A stretch of DNA of 64,000 bases from Candidatus Iainarchaeum sp. (GCA_016187745.1 JACPJC010000005.1:118659-182658), one strand, 5' to 3'; positions 1 to 9,999 are shown, counted from the first letter of the stretch. Program-made: numbers and translations. The notes: generated by a model not told the origin, from the sequence alone.

Positions 1-412
1 GCTCTCTGATTCTGATAACTGCCATTGCCTTTTCAAAATCCCTTCTGTTGAACGTAACAATCGCATTGCATTTTAGCCTGAGAGCAATTGCCAAATGTTT
101 TGCATCTGAAGAATGAATGCCAATGGCCATAAACTTCCTGACTTCTGGGAAATCCTGATTCGTAAATTCAGCTTGCTCAGTCTTTATATTAATTGATTTA
201 AAATAGCCAAGGGCATCCTCCTTTTTCATATTGAGTTTTTTTTGAACTTCTGAGAAGAACAAATCAGAAACCACAACAATTGCCCCATATTTTCTGACAT
301 AATCAAAGAATGCAGAAGATTCGCTGAATAAGGATCTGAAATTACCATTAATCTCTTCCCGCAGCAGAGATATTAGAACATTGGAATCAAGGTAAAACCT
401 TTCGGCAGGCAT
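1..412 (-). CDS. PIN-domain (VapC-like) nuclease, 3' end runs off the window
   Basis: Not in the ORF track. Manual translation from ATG at 412: MPAERFYLDSNVLISLLREE...SDLFFSEV...IHSSDAKHLAIALRLKCNAIVTFNRRDFEK, showing the PIN acidic motifs (LDSN, E, DAxH, TxNxxDF). Confidence 0.85.
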   Translation of the reverse strand, partial: MPAERFYLDSNVLISLLREEINGNFRSLFSESSAFFDYVRKYGAIVVVSDLFFSEVQKKLNMKKEDALGYFKSINIKTEQAEFTNQDFPEVRKFMAIGIHSSDAKHLAIALRLKCNAIVTFNRRDFEKAMAVIRIRE

Positions 413-568
413 ATTAATTATCAACTACAACACTCTTTTAATATATTCGTTTTTCAACGAAGTAGTAGCCCATTCGCCCATCGCCAAGGGGCACTTCGCC
501 AAAAGCCTTAAAAAATGCCCCAAAAAGCCCCCTCGGGCGCCCCCGGCTTTAAAAGCCTTTCCCACTGA

Positions 569-585
569 CCGAAACCTATTTAAAT
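569..585 (+). promoter_or_regulatory. BRE + TATA box candidate for the S-layer gene
   Basis: CCGAAACCTATTTAAAT about 110 nt upstream of ATG 697; a second TATA-like TTTTATATAAAA at about 596-607; SD-like GAGGTGA at 686-692. Confidence 0.55.
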
Positions 586-696
586 GAGTCCCAGATTTTA
601 TATAAAAGCCGTAATAGATAACTGTCTTCAATTATTTTTTCTATTGCATTGTTATTGGCGGTTATCTATTTTTGGCTAGATTTGTGAGGTGAATTA

Positions 697-3594
697 ATGA
701 AAGGACTAAATGTAAAGAAGCTGGCCGCTGTTGCAGCAGGCGCTGCATTAGTGGGAAGCGCTTTACTGCCTATCGTAACTGCAGCTGCCTCTGATTTGAC
801 GAAGACAGATATCTATTCAGACGGCACACCAGCAGTCAATGTGGTTGTTGGTGCAAGCGCAGCTGTAAGCGACGTAGTATGGGCAGGAAACATCGCAGCA
901 GCAGTAGCTAGAAACGCGGTAACAACTACCGACACAACAGGAACTCCCAGCGCTGGGACATGCTCAGGCACATGGGAAGCTCCATCAGACCTCAAGGCAA
1001 AGCTCGTTGTTGGCGGCACAACCACAATAACAGGCGGAGCAAGAGAGCTGATAACTGCATTAGTGAATAACAAGGTAAACACAGCGGAGTACCAGGAATC
1101 AGTAGGAAATGCCTACTTCACAAGCTTCAAGAACGGAAGCTTAACCGCCAAAAAGGGCACAGACACAAACAGCATAACAGAAACAGAAACTATTGGTGTG
1201 AAGATAGATGCAAGCTGGGACACAACACACACAGATGTTAAGGACCTTGTAGCAGTAATAAACAACGGCGACCTTAACTATGTGGCTGACTTCGGTTCAG
1301 GCGTAGTGCCATGCGCATACACTGACACAGGATCAGCGGACTATGTGCCAATAAACTTCCTCGGCAAGCCATACGTCATTGACTCAGTAAATTCCGACTG
1401 CACACAGGTCGAATTAGTAACAAACACTGCTGAGACAATAATGGCTGTCGGCGACACAGTTGATGTAACCGGCAGAACCGCAGGAACCGCATACAAGTTC
1501 AAGTTAATGGGCGGTTCAACAAAGAGCGACGGCACATACCAGGCACAGATTGAATTGCAGGATGCAAACGGGAATAAATTGCAGAGCCAGCAATTCACTG
1601 CAAGCACAACCTCGGATGTTACATTCTATGACGGTGTAGGCGCAAACCTCATCGAAACAAGGGTAACACTGAAGTCAATCGCAAAGCAGTCTGTTGCCAG
1701 CAGCGATGTCTGGAGCTTCACCTTATTGGTAGGCTCTGACAGAATAACCGTCAAAAACGGACAGAGATTCCCATACGATCCAAACAACACTTCAGGAACA
1801 TATCCCTGGACAGGCACAATAACCTTGGGCAGCTCAAGCACAATGGTTGCAAAGCTTATTGTGAAGAACCAGGCAAAAGTCTGGGATGCAACAAACCCGC
1901 TCTACTCAAGCACATATTCCTTGAAGAGCACGGGAAACAGCAAAGCAATAATCCTGGAAGGAAGCGGTTTGGACACTCTTGGAGAAGTAGAATTCAAGGG
2001 ATACTATGACTCAGGAGTGCAGAAAACAACCATTAAGTTCCAGCCATCAGGGGCTGATGTGACAGGCCAAGCAACAGCATATGGTAACCTGGACTACTAC
2101 GATGCATCATCTGTGCATCACATGATACCATACGCAATGAAGTTGTCTTCAGTCGGCTACGGAAGCGGAACATTCGTTTTCGAAGGCCAGACATACAACT
2201 TCAGAGCAGGCATTACACCGGCTCCCGGAACAGCAGAAAGTTCACTCTCCTCAGGAGATGGAAACTTCTGGTTCAAGACCGGCTCAACTATCGGCTCAGG
2301 CACATCACAGAACGGGTCTGACAGCAACTACACACTAGATGGCAACACAGGAAACAACGAGTGGGGAAATCCAGGGGACATTGATGCGAATGTTGGCATA
2401 CAGCCAGCAGGCGTTTCTGGCCTGAAATCCCTGTACACAGGAACATACAGCCCTGTTCTAACATTGACAGGACGAAACAGCAAGACCTATAACTATGCCT
2501 TGAAAGCAACAGCATCAGGATTGTGGCTTGTCTTGACAGGCTACTACGACAGCAACAATGCAGCGCCATACACAGGAAAGATAGATGACTTGCAGTGGAA
2601 TGCAGGAACTATCTGGCTGTTGGGAACAGACTACGACGACATAAACGGCATTGCAACAAGGGCATCAGACACAAACCTCTATCAGTCAATAGTGAATTCC
2701 ACAACCAAATTGCAGAACTCAGACACACTGCAGGGCAGGTCACCGGGGTCAGTATTGCCATACTACGCGCCAGACACTGTTGAATTCGGAGCAAATCCGG
2801 GTGCAACAACAGGCATCTTCAAGACAGCAGTCTTCAAGATAAAGCCAATAGCGGTAGGCACGACAATGCCAGACTACAGCTCTGATGCGCAGAGAGGCCC
2901 AACAATTTATGTGGACACAGCAGACCACAAGATTGTTGACACAGCAAACATCAACAAGACCAACTACACAGGAAAGCTCACAGCAATAGACTACAACTCA
3001 GACATTGCGGGCACAAGGGACTACAACATCAATAACCTGAGCGAATACACAGGCTCTAGCTCAACCTACACACAAGGGTTTGATGCAAACGGCGTATTGT
3101 ACAAGCTTGCAAGCCGCGAGCTCACAGTGACAATACCGAATGCAGCTATGAAAGCCTATGTTGTTGTGAAGAGCAACGATGTAAAGTCCTCAGTAACCGG
3201 AGAAACCCTTGAAATTGCAAAGGGCGAATCCAAGACAACCACAGGCGGAACAAAGATAGATGTAACTGACCTGACCTACACAGCAGGCTCATGCGGCGCC
3301 GCAACAGGCGACATCACATGCAGCGCTGTTACAAGCAGCACTGTAGCAAGCGGCTACGGCAACTTGGTTGTAACAGACTCAAGCGCAGGAACAGGCAGGC
3401 ACATCATTGTTGGCGGATGGAAAGTCAACAAGCTGGCAAAAGACCTGGACTTGGAGGCAGAGCTGACAGCAGCAGGCGACAAGGTTGTTGATGTAACAGC
3501 CGATGGCGATGTTGTTGTTGCAGGATACACAGCCTCAGACACAGGCAACGCAGCAAAGGAATTGATTGCCGCACTGGACGCAGGTCTTGCGTAA
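697..3594 (+). CDS. S-layer protein (S_layer_N / S_layer_C type)
   Basis: Signal peptide MKGLNVKKLAAVAAGAALVG; N-terminal VVVGASAAVSDVVWAGNIAAA; C-terminal IIVGGWKVNKLA...VVVAGYTASDT; Thr/Gly/Ser-rich with many N-x-S/T sequons; strong ACA/GCA/AAC codon bias typical of a highly expressed gene. Confidence 0.9.
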   Translation: MKGLNVKKLAAVAAGAALVGSALLPIVTAAASDLTKTDIYSDGTPAVNVVVGASAAVSDVVWAGNIAAAVARNAVTTTDTTGTPSAGTCSGTWEAPSDLKAKLVVGGTTTITGGARELITALVNNKVNTAEYQESVGNAYFTSFKNGSLTAKKGTDTNSITETETIGVKIDASWDTTHTDVKDLVAVINNGDLNYVADFGSGVVPCAYTDTGSADYVPINFLGKPYVIDSVNSDCTQVELVTNTAETIMAVGDTVDVTGRTAGTAYKFKLMGGSTKSDGTYQAQIELQDANGNKLQSQQFTASTTSDVTFYDGVGANLIETRVTLKSIAKQSVASSDVWSFTLLVGSDRITVKNGQRFPYDPNNTSGTYPWTGTITLGSSSTMVAKLIVKNQAKVWDATNPLYSSTYSLKSTGNSKAIILEGSGLDTLGEVEFKGYYDSGVQKTTIKFQPSGADVTGQATAYGNLDYYDASSVHHMIPYAMKLSSVGYGSGTFVFEGQTYNFRAGITPAPGTAESSLSSGDGNFWFKTGSTIGSGTSQNGSDSNYTLDGNTGNNEWGNPGDIDANVGIQPAGVSGLKSLYTGTYSPVLTLTGRNSKTYNYALKATASGLWLVLTGYYDSNNAAPYTGKIDDLQWNAGTIWLLGTDYDDINGIATRASDTNLYQSIVNSTTKLQNSDTLQGRSPGSVLPYYAPDTVEFGANPGATTGIFKTAVFKIKPIAVGTTMPDYSSDAQRGPTIYVDTADHKIVDTANINKTNYTGKLTAIDYNSDIAGTRDYNINNLSEYTGSSSTYTQGFDANGVLYKLASRELTVTIPNAAMKAYVVVKSNDVKSSVTGETLEIAKGESKTTTGGTKIDVTDLTYTAGSCGAATGDITCSAVTSSTVASGYGNLVVTDSSAGTGRHIIVGGWKVNKLAKDLDLEAELTAAGDKVVDVTADGDVVVAGYTASDTGNAAKELIAALDAGLA

Positions 3595-3601
3595 GTAGCA
3601 C

Positions 3602-3678
3602 AAAAAAACGGGCTTCAAAACCCGTTCTTTTTTTCTTTTTCTTTTATTTTCATTAAACCCAGCCGCAAGGCTTTTTAT
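3602..3678 (+). terminator. Terminator of the S-layer gene
   Basis: Hairpin AACGGG(3607-3612)/CCCGTT(3621-3626) followed by a long T-tract; second hairpin AGCC-GCAA-GGCT (3661-3672) followed by TTTT. Confidence 0.7.
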
Positions 3679-3698
3679 TGGTTTTGATTGTAATCTGA

Positions 3699-4343
3699 AT
3701 GAGAGCCATGGAGCAATCAGAAATTTCAAAGCCGAAAAACAGGGCATTTCCAATTGCAATAATTGTTGCAATCCTGATAGCGCTGTTTTCAATTGCCATT
3801 TTCCTGCTTTTCTATTCCGGCCCCTACAAATACGGCCTTGAGCAGGAGGGCATTGAATTTTTCTCGAATTCCGCGGAGCCGGCGCAGATGCTGAAATCCC
3901 TGGGCTCAAGAAACTCCTTCATAATTTCCCCGGAATTTGAGGAGAAGGGGAGCGCGCTCCCATTTATGACAAGCGCACTTACAACATTTACAGGAATCCT
4001 TGTCGCAAATAAAAAGGAGGCAATTACCCTGCTGAGGATAATTGATGCTTCCGGGGAGCTGCGCTACTGCTCAACAAATGATGGCAACAGGAACATTGCA
4101 AGGAACATAACTTCCGGGGAATGCGACAGCATGCTTTCAGGAAATCGCAGCGTAAAAATCCTCATAGAAAGCGCAAACCCCCTGCTCCCAAAACCAAGGG
4201 TAATTCTGGATGAGGATAAAATTACAATAGAGCCAAAGGGGCTTAGCGGCATGCAAAGGCTTTCCCTTCTTGTGCTGAAGGCCATGTATGCGAATTCCGA
4301 GGACATAATAAGGCAGATAAATGAGCGCCTCGGAGGGGCTTAG
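3699..4343 (+). CDS. Hypothetical protein with a single N-terminal membrane anchor
   Basis: 214-aa ORF with one hydrophobic helix (IAIIVAILIALFSIAIFLLFY); stop 2 nt before the next gene. Confidence 0.75.
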   Translation: MRAMEQSEISKPKNRAFPIAIIVAILIALFSIAIFLLFYSGPYKYGLEQEGIEFFSNSAEPAQMLKSLGSRNSFIISPEFEEKGSALPFMTSALTTFTGILVANKKEAITLLRIIDASGELRYCSTNDGNRNIARNITSGECDSMLSGNRSVKILIESANPLLPKPRVILDEDKITIEPKGLSGMQRLSLLVLKAMYANSEDIIRQINERLGGA

Positions 4344-4345
4344 CC

Positions 4346-5350
4346 ATGGTTTCATATCTCAAGCAATCCCTGCTGAGCATTATTGCCATTGCCGCAGTAT
4401 TCGGATTGGTAGTAGGCCTAACCAACGCAGGGGCTGTTTTGAGTGTTATTGACCTGAAATTCTTCATATTGGCTTGCATTTTCTACATTATTTCCATAGG
4501 AATATGGCTTATTTCGTGGGCCTTCCTCATTAAAAAGCGCTCAAAGATACCCTACACAAAGCTGCTTGGCGTAGGGATAGCCGCGCTTTACGGCGCCCTA
4601 ACCCCTGTGCAATTGGGGGCTGAAGCGCTTAGGAGCATAAGGCTCAAGGACTATTTTGCTGTTTCATATTCTGATTCGGTTTCCGCAAGCATGATTGCAA
4701 AGGGCATAAAGTTCTCAATACTTGCGATTGTTTTTGTGGTTGTGTTTTTCCTCTATCTCCTTAACACAAAGTTGGGGCTTCTCCTTACTGCGGGATTGTT
4801 TTCCGGCTTTGTCATTATTGTAATTGCGGCCTGCCTTTTCCTGATGCCATTGCAGAAAGGAATAGGCATGCGCATATCGAATTTCTTTTCGCGCATTTCA
4901 AAAACCTTCAGGCAGTTCGCCGCGCTGGGGAAGTTCTTTGCGGATTACTGCAATTACCTCCAGAAAATCAGGCCAAAATCATTTGCTGTTGTGTTTGCGC
5001 TTTCTTTTTTCTCCCTGTTTTTTGAATTCCTTGCCCTGCAGTTTTCCTTCATGTCCCTCGGGATTTACCTCCAGCTGCAGGCGGTTATTGTATTGATGAT
5101 TTTTGTTTCAATCCTGGAAAGGACGCCAATACTTCCAAGGGGGATAGGCATTGTGGAAATATTCAGCTATGCATACCTCTCAGTGCACAGCCTTGTAAGC
5201 CCCTATATTACGCTTACTGCTGCTCAGATAGGCGCCGTTCTTATTGTCTATGACATTGCAAGGCTTGTTGTTCCAACAATTGTGGGGATTGCAATGAGCT
5301 TCATCCTTTATGCGATGCACAGGAACGGGAAATTACACAAGGCCAAATAG
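4346..5350 (+). CDS. Flippase-like integral membrane protein (UPF0104 / lysylphosphatidylglycerol synthase TM family)
   Basis: Multi-TM protein with LTPVQLGAEALR and TPILPRGIGIVE motifs typical of the family. Confidence 0.8.
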   Translation: MVSYLKQSLLSIIAIAAVFGLVVGLTNAGAVLSVIDLKFFILACIFYIISIGIWLISWAFLIKKRSKIPYTKLLGVGIAALYGALTPVQLGAEALRSIRLKDYFAVSYSDSVSASMIAKGIKFSILAIVFVVVFFLYLLNTKLGLLLTAGLFSGFVIIVIAACLFLMPLQKGIGMRISNFFSRISKTFRQFAALGKFFADYCNYLQKIRPKSFAVVFALSFFSLFFEFLALQFSFMSLGIYLQLQAVIVLMIFVSILERTPILPRGIGIVEIFSYAYLSVHSLVSPYITLTAAQIGAVLIVYDIARLVVPTIVGIAMSFILYAMHRNGKLHKAK

Positions 5351-6304
5351 CAGGAGCCAGAATGCCGCATTTAGCGCAACAATTGCCCATATTATTGCAA
5401 CCAATTCCCATTCGCGCATCGGGCCGAAAATCCTTATCAGCATCTTCGCAAAATCATACTGCACTTTCCCTTTCGCATATTCGGGAATTGCGATTTTCCC
5501 GTTTTCAAGGACCCTGTAGGGCAATTGCCTCATCTGCCCCGGATCGCGCGCTTTCGAGAGAATTAATTTCAGAACAACGAATTCAAACATGTGCGGCAAA
5601 AAGAAAAGCAATGAAAATGCCATCAGCCCAATTTTCCCGTTCAGGATGAAAATTCCCGCAATTGCGCTTCCGATAATAAGCGTTCCTGAATTCCCCTCAA
5701 ATACCTTCGCAGGGTATTTGTTCCATGCAAGGAAGCCTAGGATTGCCGCAATCAGGACCGCATTAAGCCAAACGCCCCCAGGGCCTTCCTTTGCAACCAT
5801 CAGCGCTGAAGCAGCAACAATTATTGCCGCGCTTCCCCCCTGCCAGCCGTTCAATCCCGCAAAGGTATTCTGGAATGATGCGATTCCCGCAATGTAAAGC
5901 GCAGCAAGCACAATCCACAAAACCCCAAAATTCCAGAAATAAATTCCCGAAAACGCCAGGCAGACAACTGCGATTGCAACTGCCCTTTTCCTCCATGAAA
6001 GCGCCTTCTTGAGGAACTTGTGCTTCGTGTCATCAATTATGCCTATTGCGGCGAAAGCGCTCAGCAGCAATCCCCATGCGATGTAATTGAAATTTCCTGA
6101 GCCGAAAAACAGGAAAGCGATTGCAAACCATATTGCAGGGAGCATTGCAATCCCGCCCCCCTCGGAAAGCAATACTCTTCCCTTTTTCGCCCAGTCCAGG
6201 CCCACAAGCCCGCGCGCTTTGGCAAATTTGATCCAGAGCGCCTCGCATATTGCAGTAATTAAAAAAACAGCGATTGCAAGGATAGCAATTTCAAATGCGC
6301 CCAT
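5333..6304 (-). CDS. Glycosyltransferase family 4, AglH/GPT-like UDP-GlcNAc:polyprenyl-phosphate GlcNAc-1-P transferase
   Basis: GLD..K, EGGGIA, IGIIDD, NTFAGLNG, WNKYPAKVFEGNSG motifs; multi-TM. Confidence 0.85.
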   Translation of the reverse strand: MGAFEIAILAIAVFLITAICEALWIKFAKARGLVGLDWAKKGRVLLSEGGGIAMLPAIWFAIAFLFFGSGNFNYIAWGLLLSAFAAIGIIDDTKHKFLKKALSWRKRAVAIAVVCLAFSGIYFWNFGVLWIVLAALYIAGIASFQNTFAGLNGWQGGSAAIIVAASALMVAKEGPGGVWLNAVLIAAILGFLAWNKYPAKVFEGNSGTLIIGSAIAGIFILNGKIGLMAFSLLFFLPHMFEFVVLKLILSKARDPGQMRQLPYRVLENGKIAIPEYAKGKVQYDFAKMLIRIFGPMREWELVAIIWAIVALNAAFWLLLFGLV

Positions 6305-6306
6305 AC

Positions 6307-7593
6307 TTATTTATTTTCCTGAACATCTTTTAATTGCTCGGGTTTCATCAACTCGCGCAGCACAGTTGTTGCGTAATTCCCCTTTTCCAGTGTGAATGAG
6401 ATTTTCGCCTTGAGCGCGCCCTCGAAATACTCATCATATGCAATTTCCTCAAGCTTCAAATCCTGCGGAAACAGCAGAATTGTTTTCCTCGCGCCCTTTG
6501 AGCTTATTTGCGGAAATGCCTTTATGTAGAAGTCTTCCGGCTTTATTCCTTCCTTGCCAAGCACTTCCCTCTCAATTTCCCCGACTTTCCCCTCAGAGAA
6601 TTTTGATTCAAACCCGAAAAGCTGCGCGGTTGCAATTCCATCCTCAAGCACGTCCCCCTCTGCCGCCTGCAATCCCAATCCACTTTCAATCCGCTTATTT
6701 ATGATTTGATTGAATAGATAGCTCTGATACGCATGCGTGAACATGTATGTAAGGGACTTCGGCAGGCGCGAAAAGGCCCCGACAAAATCCTTGGGGTATT
6801 TGCACAAATGATGGATTATTATCCTCTCATAGCGGTATTTCGGGGGGAACTCATTTATTGCCCTTGAAAAGTCCTTCGTATCCGCGAGATTCTTCCTCGC
6901 ATTTTTAATGTCTTCCTCTTCCCTTTCATCAATTGCCGTCAGGTAGAGCATTACTGCATTTTCAGTATTTCCCATTATGAATTCCTTCCCCACGAGATGC
7001 GTAATTCCGCGGATTCCCCCGAAGCGCTGCTCCCCGAAATAATTCGCAATTCCCCCTTTAATTTCCCCAAAGCACGCATTAATGCGCCTCTCCAGTTCCT
7101 CCTTTTCAAGCTGCAGATTGCGCACCATTATTGTGAATTTATTCCCGATCAAATCCCCGATTTCAACCCTCTTATCGCTCCACTCCGCCTCCCTCAGGTC
7201 AATATAGCGCGAATCAAAAGCCTTCAGCAGCTCAACATCAGCCTTCCATATTGAAATGCGCTGGCAGGTTATTGCGCGCTTGTCCTTCATTCCCGCAAAC
7301 CCAATCCTTTTCCTGCTCGTGTGCAGCGCCCTTGCAATTCTTCTCAGCGCATTTGCGGTATCAACATTGAATTTTTCCATCTTCACTATCAGCTGATTCT
7401 CCTTAGCCCTCTCATCCGCAAGAGGCGCCGGCCATTTCTTCTCAAGCGTTTTTTTCTCCGAATCAGTAAAAACCATGGCTTCGCAAATTTCATTTCCGGG
7501 CGCAACTTCCTCCACAATGAAATCCGCAATGCGTTTCCTCAGAACGCCGCCAATTCCCGGAGCGGAAGTCGAATAATGGTTTATTGCGCTCAA
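6307..7593 (-). CDS. truD: tRNA pseudouridine(13) synthase TruD
   Basis: DFIVEE, GFAGMKDKRAITCQ, NYFGEQRFG, HAYQSYLFN, KGNYATTVLRE. Confidence 0.95.
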   Translation of the reverse strand: MSAINHYSTSAPGIGGVLRKRIADFIVEEVAPGNEICEAMVFTDSEKKTLEKKWPAPLADERAKENQLIVKMEKFNVDTANALRRIARALHTSRKRIGFAGMKDKRAITCQRISIWKADVELLKAFDSRYIDLREAEWSDKRVEIGDLIGNKFTIMVRNLQLEKEELERRINACFGEIKGGIANYFGEQRFGGIRGITHLVGKEFIMGNTENAVMLYLTAIDEREEEDIKNARKNLADTKDFSRAINEFPPKYRYERIIIHHLCKYPKDFVGAFSRLPKSLTYMFTHAYQSYLFNQIINKRIESGLGLQAAEGDVLEDGIATAQLFGFESKFSEGKVGEIEREVLGKEGIKPEDFYIKAFPQISSKGARKTILLFPQDLKLEEIAYDEYFEGALKAKISFTLEKGNYATTVLRELMKPEQLKDVQENK

Positions 7594-7597
7594 AGGA

Positions 7598-7870
7598 TCA
7601 CTTTTTTATTATTTTAGCAATCATACTAATTCTGGGGTTACCTTCATCATCAATAACTTTTCGGGCATAATAATTAACCCCTGTTCCAATAGCATAACCC
7701 AAAAATACTTCATCATTTGTTCCAAGAATTGTGCTTCTTTTGCGTGCAAGGGACAGCAGAATTGATTTTGGAACACCCTCTCCATACAAAAGATCCTCAG
7801 GATTAAGTTTTTTATATAACTTTCCGCCAATTTTTACACGCCTAGATCTTGGTGGCTTGTTTCCCGGCAT
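7598..7870 (-). CDS. Small basic orphan protein
   Basis: 90-aa ORF that exactly fills the aRF1-truD gap on the same strand; AT-richer than its neighbours; N-terminus MPGNKPPRSRRVK. Confidence 0.65.
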   Translation of the reverse strand: MPGNKPPRSRRVKIGGKLYKKLNPEDLLYGEGVPKSILLSLARKRSTILGTNDEVFLGYAIGTGVNYYARKVIDDEGNPRISMIAKIIKK

Positions 7871-7875
7871 ATTCC

Positions 7876-9123
7876 CTACCTATATCTCAATATTGCTCCG
7901 AGCCCGCCGAAGGTTTTGTAGAACTGCTCCCCTTCCGCGGTTTCTGTTGAAATTAATTTCATTTCCGCATCAATCTTGTGCACCTTTTCCAGCAGCCAGT
8001 CTGCATAATCCACTTCCTCCATTATTTCAGCCTCGGCATTGCATTTTGTGCATTTTGGGATTCCCCCCAAACCGAAGCGGTTTTTCACAAGGATTTCCTC
8101 GTTATTATTGCAGTGCCCGCAGAGCAGCCTGTAAACAACCCAGTCTATCGCCTCAGAAACCAGAAGGGTTTTTACCTTTCCCTCAGCAAGCGCAGTTTCC
8201 ACTTCCTTCTGCCCGTAGGTCGCAAGCGCGCCCTTCACAACCTCCTGAAGGAAACTGTTAACAGCAAGCCTTTCCTTCATTACCTCTGTGCTTTTCAGTA
8301 TTTCCTCGCTTTTCTGGAACAATTCCCTTATTCCGGACTCATCAGTGTAGGAAGTGTCAAGTGTTCCTAGCACCATCCCCTTAAGCCTGTAATCAAGCAG
8401 GTCCTGCTCAAGAAAATAATTTTTTGTGGCGCCAGGCCCCCCGATAATTATGCCCTTCATTTTATTCCCGTATACAAGATAGATTGCGCCCATTTTTTCC
8501 GCAATGCGCTTGAAGAAGTCGTGCGTTGCCTCTTCCCTCAATCTCTCATACCTGTGCGCCGAAAATCCCCCTGCCTTTACCTTTCCCGGAACCGCGGAAG
8601 TTATTCTTCCCAGAACCTCGTATTTCTTGCCCACAAGCGCAGCAAATGTCGCCTCCCTCTTGTCAAGGGTTGCCAATCCATAAATCTCCGAGGGCGCAGC
8701 CATTTCCTCAAGCGGATCCAGATGGAACTGCGAATCGCACCAGTACAATTTTACTTTCAGCCTCCTCAGCGGCCTTACAGTAAAGAGGGTTATGTCGCTC
8801 CTTCCCTCCTGCTCGGAAATATTCCCGCAAAAAACTACCAACCCCCTCTCAGGCAGCTGGAAATTTATCCTTTTGAGGAAATTTGATATTTTCCTGAGCG
8901 CGCCCTGCACATTCTTGCGCGTTGTGGGGCTCTTTATGTTGGAGCTCTGCGAAGTTTCCTCGGTAAGCTGCCCCATAACCAGGCTTCTGTCAACATCCGG
9001 GGGCAAATAAAGTGAAATCAGCTCAGTCCCCTTTCCCTTGAAGGCCTTGAGCATCTTTAGTTTTTTCTTGAATACTGCTGCTTCAGCCTCGTCAATCTTC
9101 TCCAGTTCCTTCATGTTCATCAT
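7876..9123 (-). CDS. prf1: Peptide chain release factor aRF1 (GGQ replaced by GGF)
   Basis: GKGTELISLY, NIKS, YWCDSQF, GGPG, C-terminal CxxC...CxxC insert, FGGLGAILRY; catalytic loop reads KAGGFSAHRY. Confidence 0.95.
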   Translation of the reverse strand: MMNMKELEKIDEAEAAVFKKKLKMLKAFKGKGTELISLYLPPDVDRSLVMGQLTEETSQSSNIKSPTTRKNVQGALRKISNFLKRINFQLPERGLVVFCGNISEQEGRSDITLFTVRPLRRLKVKLYWCDSQFHLDPLEEMAAPSEIYGLATLDKREATFAALVGKKYEVLGRITSAVPGKVKAGGFSAHRYERLREEATHDFFKRIAEKMGAIYLVYGNKMKGIIIGGPGATKNYFLEQDLLDYRLKGMVLGTLDTSYTDESGIRELFQKSEEILKSTEVMKERLAVNSFLQEVVKGALATYGQKEVETALAEGKVKTLLVSEAIDWVVYRLLCGHCNNNEEILVKNRFGLGGIPKCTKCNAEAEIMEEVDYADWLLEKVHKIDAEMKLISTETAEGEQFYKTFGGLGAILRYR

Positions 9124-9213
9124 TACTTCTTCTTGATTTTTATAGTTTGGGTTTAGGTTATCTTTTTATATTACCTTTCCCATTAATTATCAGCAAAACA
9201 AAAGGCTGCAAAA

Positions 9214-9996
9214 ATGTTTGAGATGTTCCAGAATTACAATGAGCCGGCGCAACAGCAGCAGGGCGCAGGCTCCTCAAATCAGACCTTTGTGCTTTCAATT
9301 AGCGGCTCCTCAATTGTGCCTGACAGGATAAATACCGCGCTGATTGGGAAAATATGCAATTCCATAAATAACCTTTATAGCGAAGGTTATAAATTCGCTT
9401 TGTCTGTTGGGGGAGGCAGAACCTGCAGGGATTATGCCAGCGCCGTAAAGGCGCTTGGCTCAAACCGCTTTCTTCAGGATTTGATAGGGATTGAAATTAC
9501 GCGCGCAAACGCAATGCTGGTAATAAACGCCCTTGACAGGGCGTTTCCGGTTGTTTTAAGCGATTTGCTCCGCGCGCGCGAGATAATTGATGCTGGGAAA
9601 ATCCCGGTTTATGGGGGCATCATCCCGGGCTACACAACAGATGCGGTTGCTGCAGTTCTGGCGGAACATTTGAATGCGACATTCATAAACATCACAAATG
9701 TTGATGGAATTTACAACTTGGACCCGCGCATAAGCCGAAGCGCAAAATTAATTCCGAAAATGTCCCACGAAAAATTGCTGGCAGTAATTATGCGCTCCGC
9801 AGGGGAAAGCGCGGAGCCCTCGCAGCATGTTGTTTTGGACATCCCCTGCGCGCTCCTCCTCAAGCGCAGCAAAATCCGCACTTTTGTCCTGAATGCCGAG
9901 GATACTGCAAACCTTGAGGCAGCAGTGCGCGGGCAGGAATTCAAGGGCACTGTTGTGGAAAGCACAGAAGAAAACGAAGTTCCAGAGGAGCTTTAG
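9214..9996 (+). CDS. pyrH: Uridylate kinase (archaeal)
   Basis: ISGS, VGGGRTCRDY, PGYTTDAVAA, TNVDGIY..DP. Confidence 0.9.
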   Translation: MFEMFQNYNEPAQQQQGAGSSNQTFVLSISGSSIVPDRINTALIGKICNSINNLYSEGYKFALSVGGGRTCRDYASAVKALGSNRFLQDLIGIEITRANAMLVINALDRAFPVVLSDLLRAREIIDAGKIPVYGGIIPGYTTDAVAAVLAEHLNATFINITNVDGIYNLDPRISRSAKLIPKMSHEKLLAVIMRSAGESAEPSQHVVLDIPCALLLKRSKIRTFVLNAEDTANLEAAVRGQEFKGTVVESTEENEVPEEL

Positions 9997-9999
9997 CGC

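Noticed and set aside
425-631. 68-aa minus-strand ORF as antitoxin of the first PIN gene
   Set aside because: No RHH/AbrB signature, and it spans the promoter-like and palindromic region; probably spurious.
7876-9123. Stop-codon or Phe-codon reassignment as the explanation for GGF
   Set aside because: TAA, TAG and TGA all end conserved genes at expected lengths, and Phe appears at normal conserved positions elsewhere.
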